DNA of 56,094 bases, taken from positions 1 through 56,094 of the IMG/VR virus record IMGVR_UViG_3300027499_000663; one strand, given 5' to 3'. The position numbers and the translations under genes are program-made. The stretch's first letter is position 1. Each line of letters begins with the position of its first letter. This document shows, piece after piece, positions 55,651 through 56,094 of this stretch. Under the pieces are notes generated by a model, which saw nothing but the letters and a program-made list of their open reading frames with translations, ran no database searches and was not told the DNA's origin. The DNA is from a virus (lineage: Duplodnaviria > Caudoviricetes).

Positions 55651-56094
55651 TCATTCACAAGCCCCCGCAACAGCCTTCTCCGCCCGCTGAATCTCCTGTT
55701 TCACATCAACGGTAATACGCTGCTCCTTGAGCTGTTGCCCGAGGAAGGTTTGATCGCCGCGTGACCTCACTTCGGCATCGGTCGCTGCCACCTTCGCCTC
55801 GACGGTCGCAGAGTGTTCGGAAATGACGGCTTCGACTTCTTCTTTGGTGTTAGCGGTGTCCAGCGCGTGGATGAGCTTGCCGACGTCTTCTTTTTCCGAT
55901 TCGGCGTAACCCTCTACCGACAGGCCAGCGACCATCGCGCGGGCTTCGATTTCCGCCGATTTCAGATGGTCGCGCGCAACCTGGCACAGCTCGTCCTGGC
56001 GCCGATCCTTGATGGCTTCCCAGGCGCTTAATCCATAAGCCCCGGCACCTATGCAGGCCGCGACGACCGCAGCGCCAATCAATCTGCCTTTCAC
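55651..56094 (-). CDS. Hypothetical exported protein outside the prophage
   Basis: N-terminal hydrophobic segment; start is at the window edge. Confidence 0.6.
   Translation of the reverse strand: MKGRLIGAAVVAACIGAGAYGLSAWEAIKDRRQDELCQVARDHLKSAEIEARAMVAGLSVEGYAESEKEDVGKLIHALDTANTKEEVEAVISEHSATVEAKVAATDAEVRSRGDQTFLGQQLKEQRITVDVKQEIQRAEKAVAGACE

Overview
The window is an almost complete lambdoid (siphovirus-type) temperate prophage, most likely from a Pseudomonas host. It runs from a tyrosine integrase at the left edge (1-1032) to the displaced 3' half of tRNA-Leu(TAA), the right attachment site, at 55527-55584. Gene order: int/xis; a leftward early operon (TGT/DpdA-like and QueF-like pair, DUF4031, repeat-rich C5 DNA methyltransferase, Gp157, Rad52-like annealase); PL/OL; an accessory-rich immunity region; cI/OR/cro/cII; Rha; replication genes with iterons; nin region; Q-like gene; holin; an Acb2-like anti-CBASS gene; packaging and head genes; lambda-like tail; GH19 endolysin and spanins; and two surface-polysaccharide modification genes. 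Best leads: (1) a two-gene TGT-fold plus mini QueF-like module that may write 7-deazaguanine into phage DNA from host precursors; (2) an AT-rich three-gene operon at the rexAB-equivalent position, a candidate new defence system; (3) a compact Acb2 homologue; (4) a structured, pseudoknotted ~200 nt candidate ncRNA upstream of the holin; (5) three dispersed copies of a CGCGACACG-N18/19-CGTGTCGCG palindrome. All family assignments come from motif recognition by eye; no database search was run.
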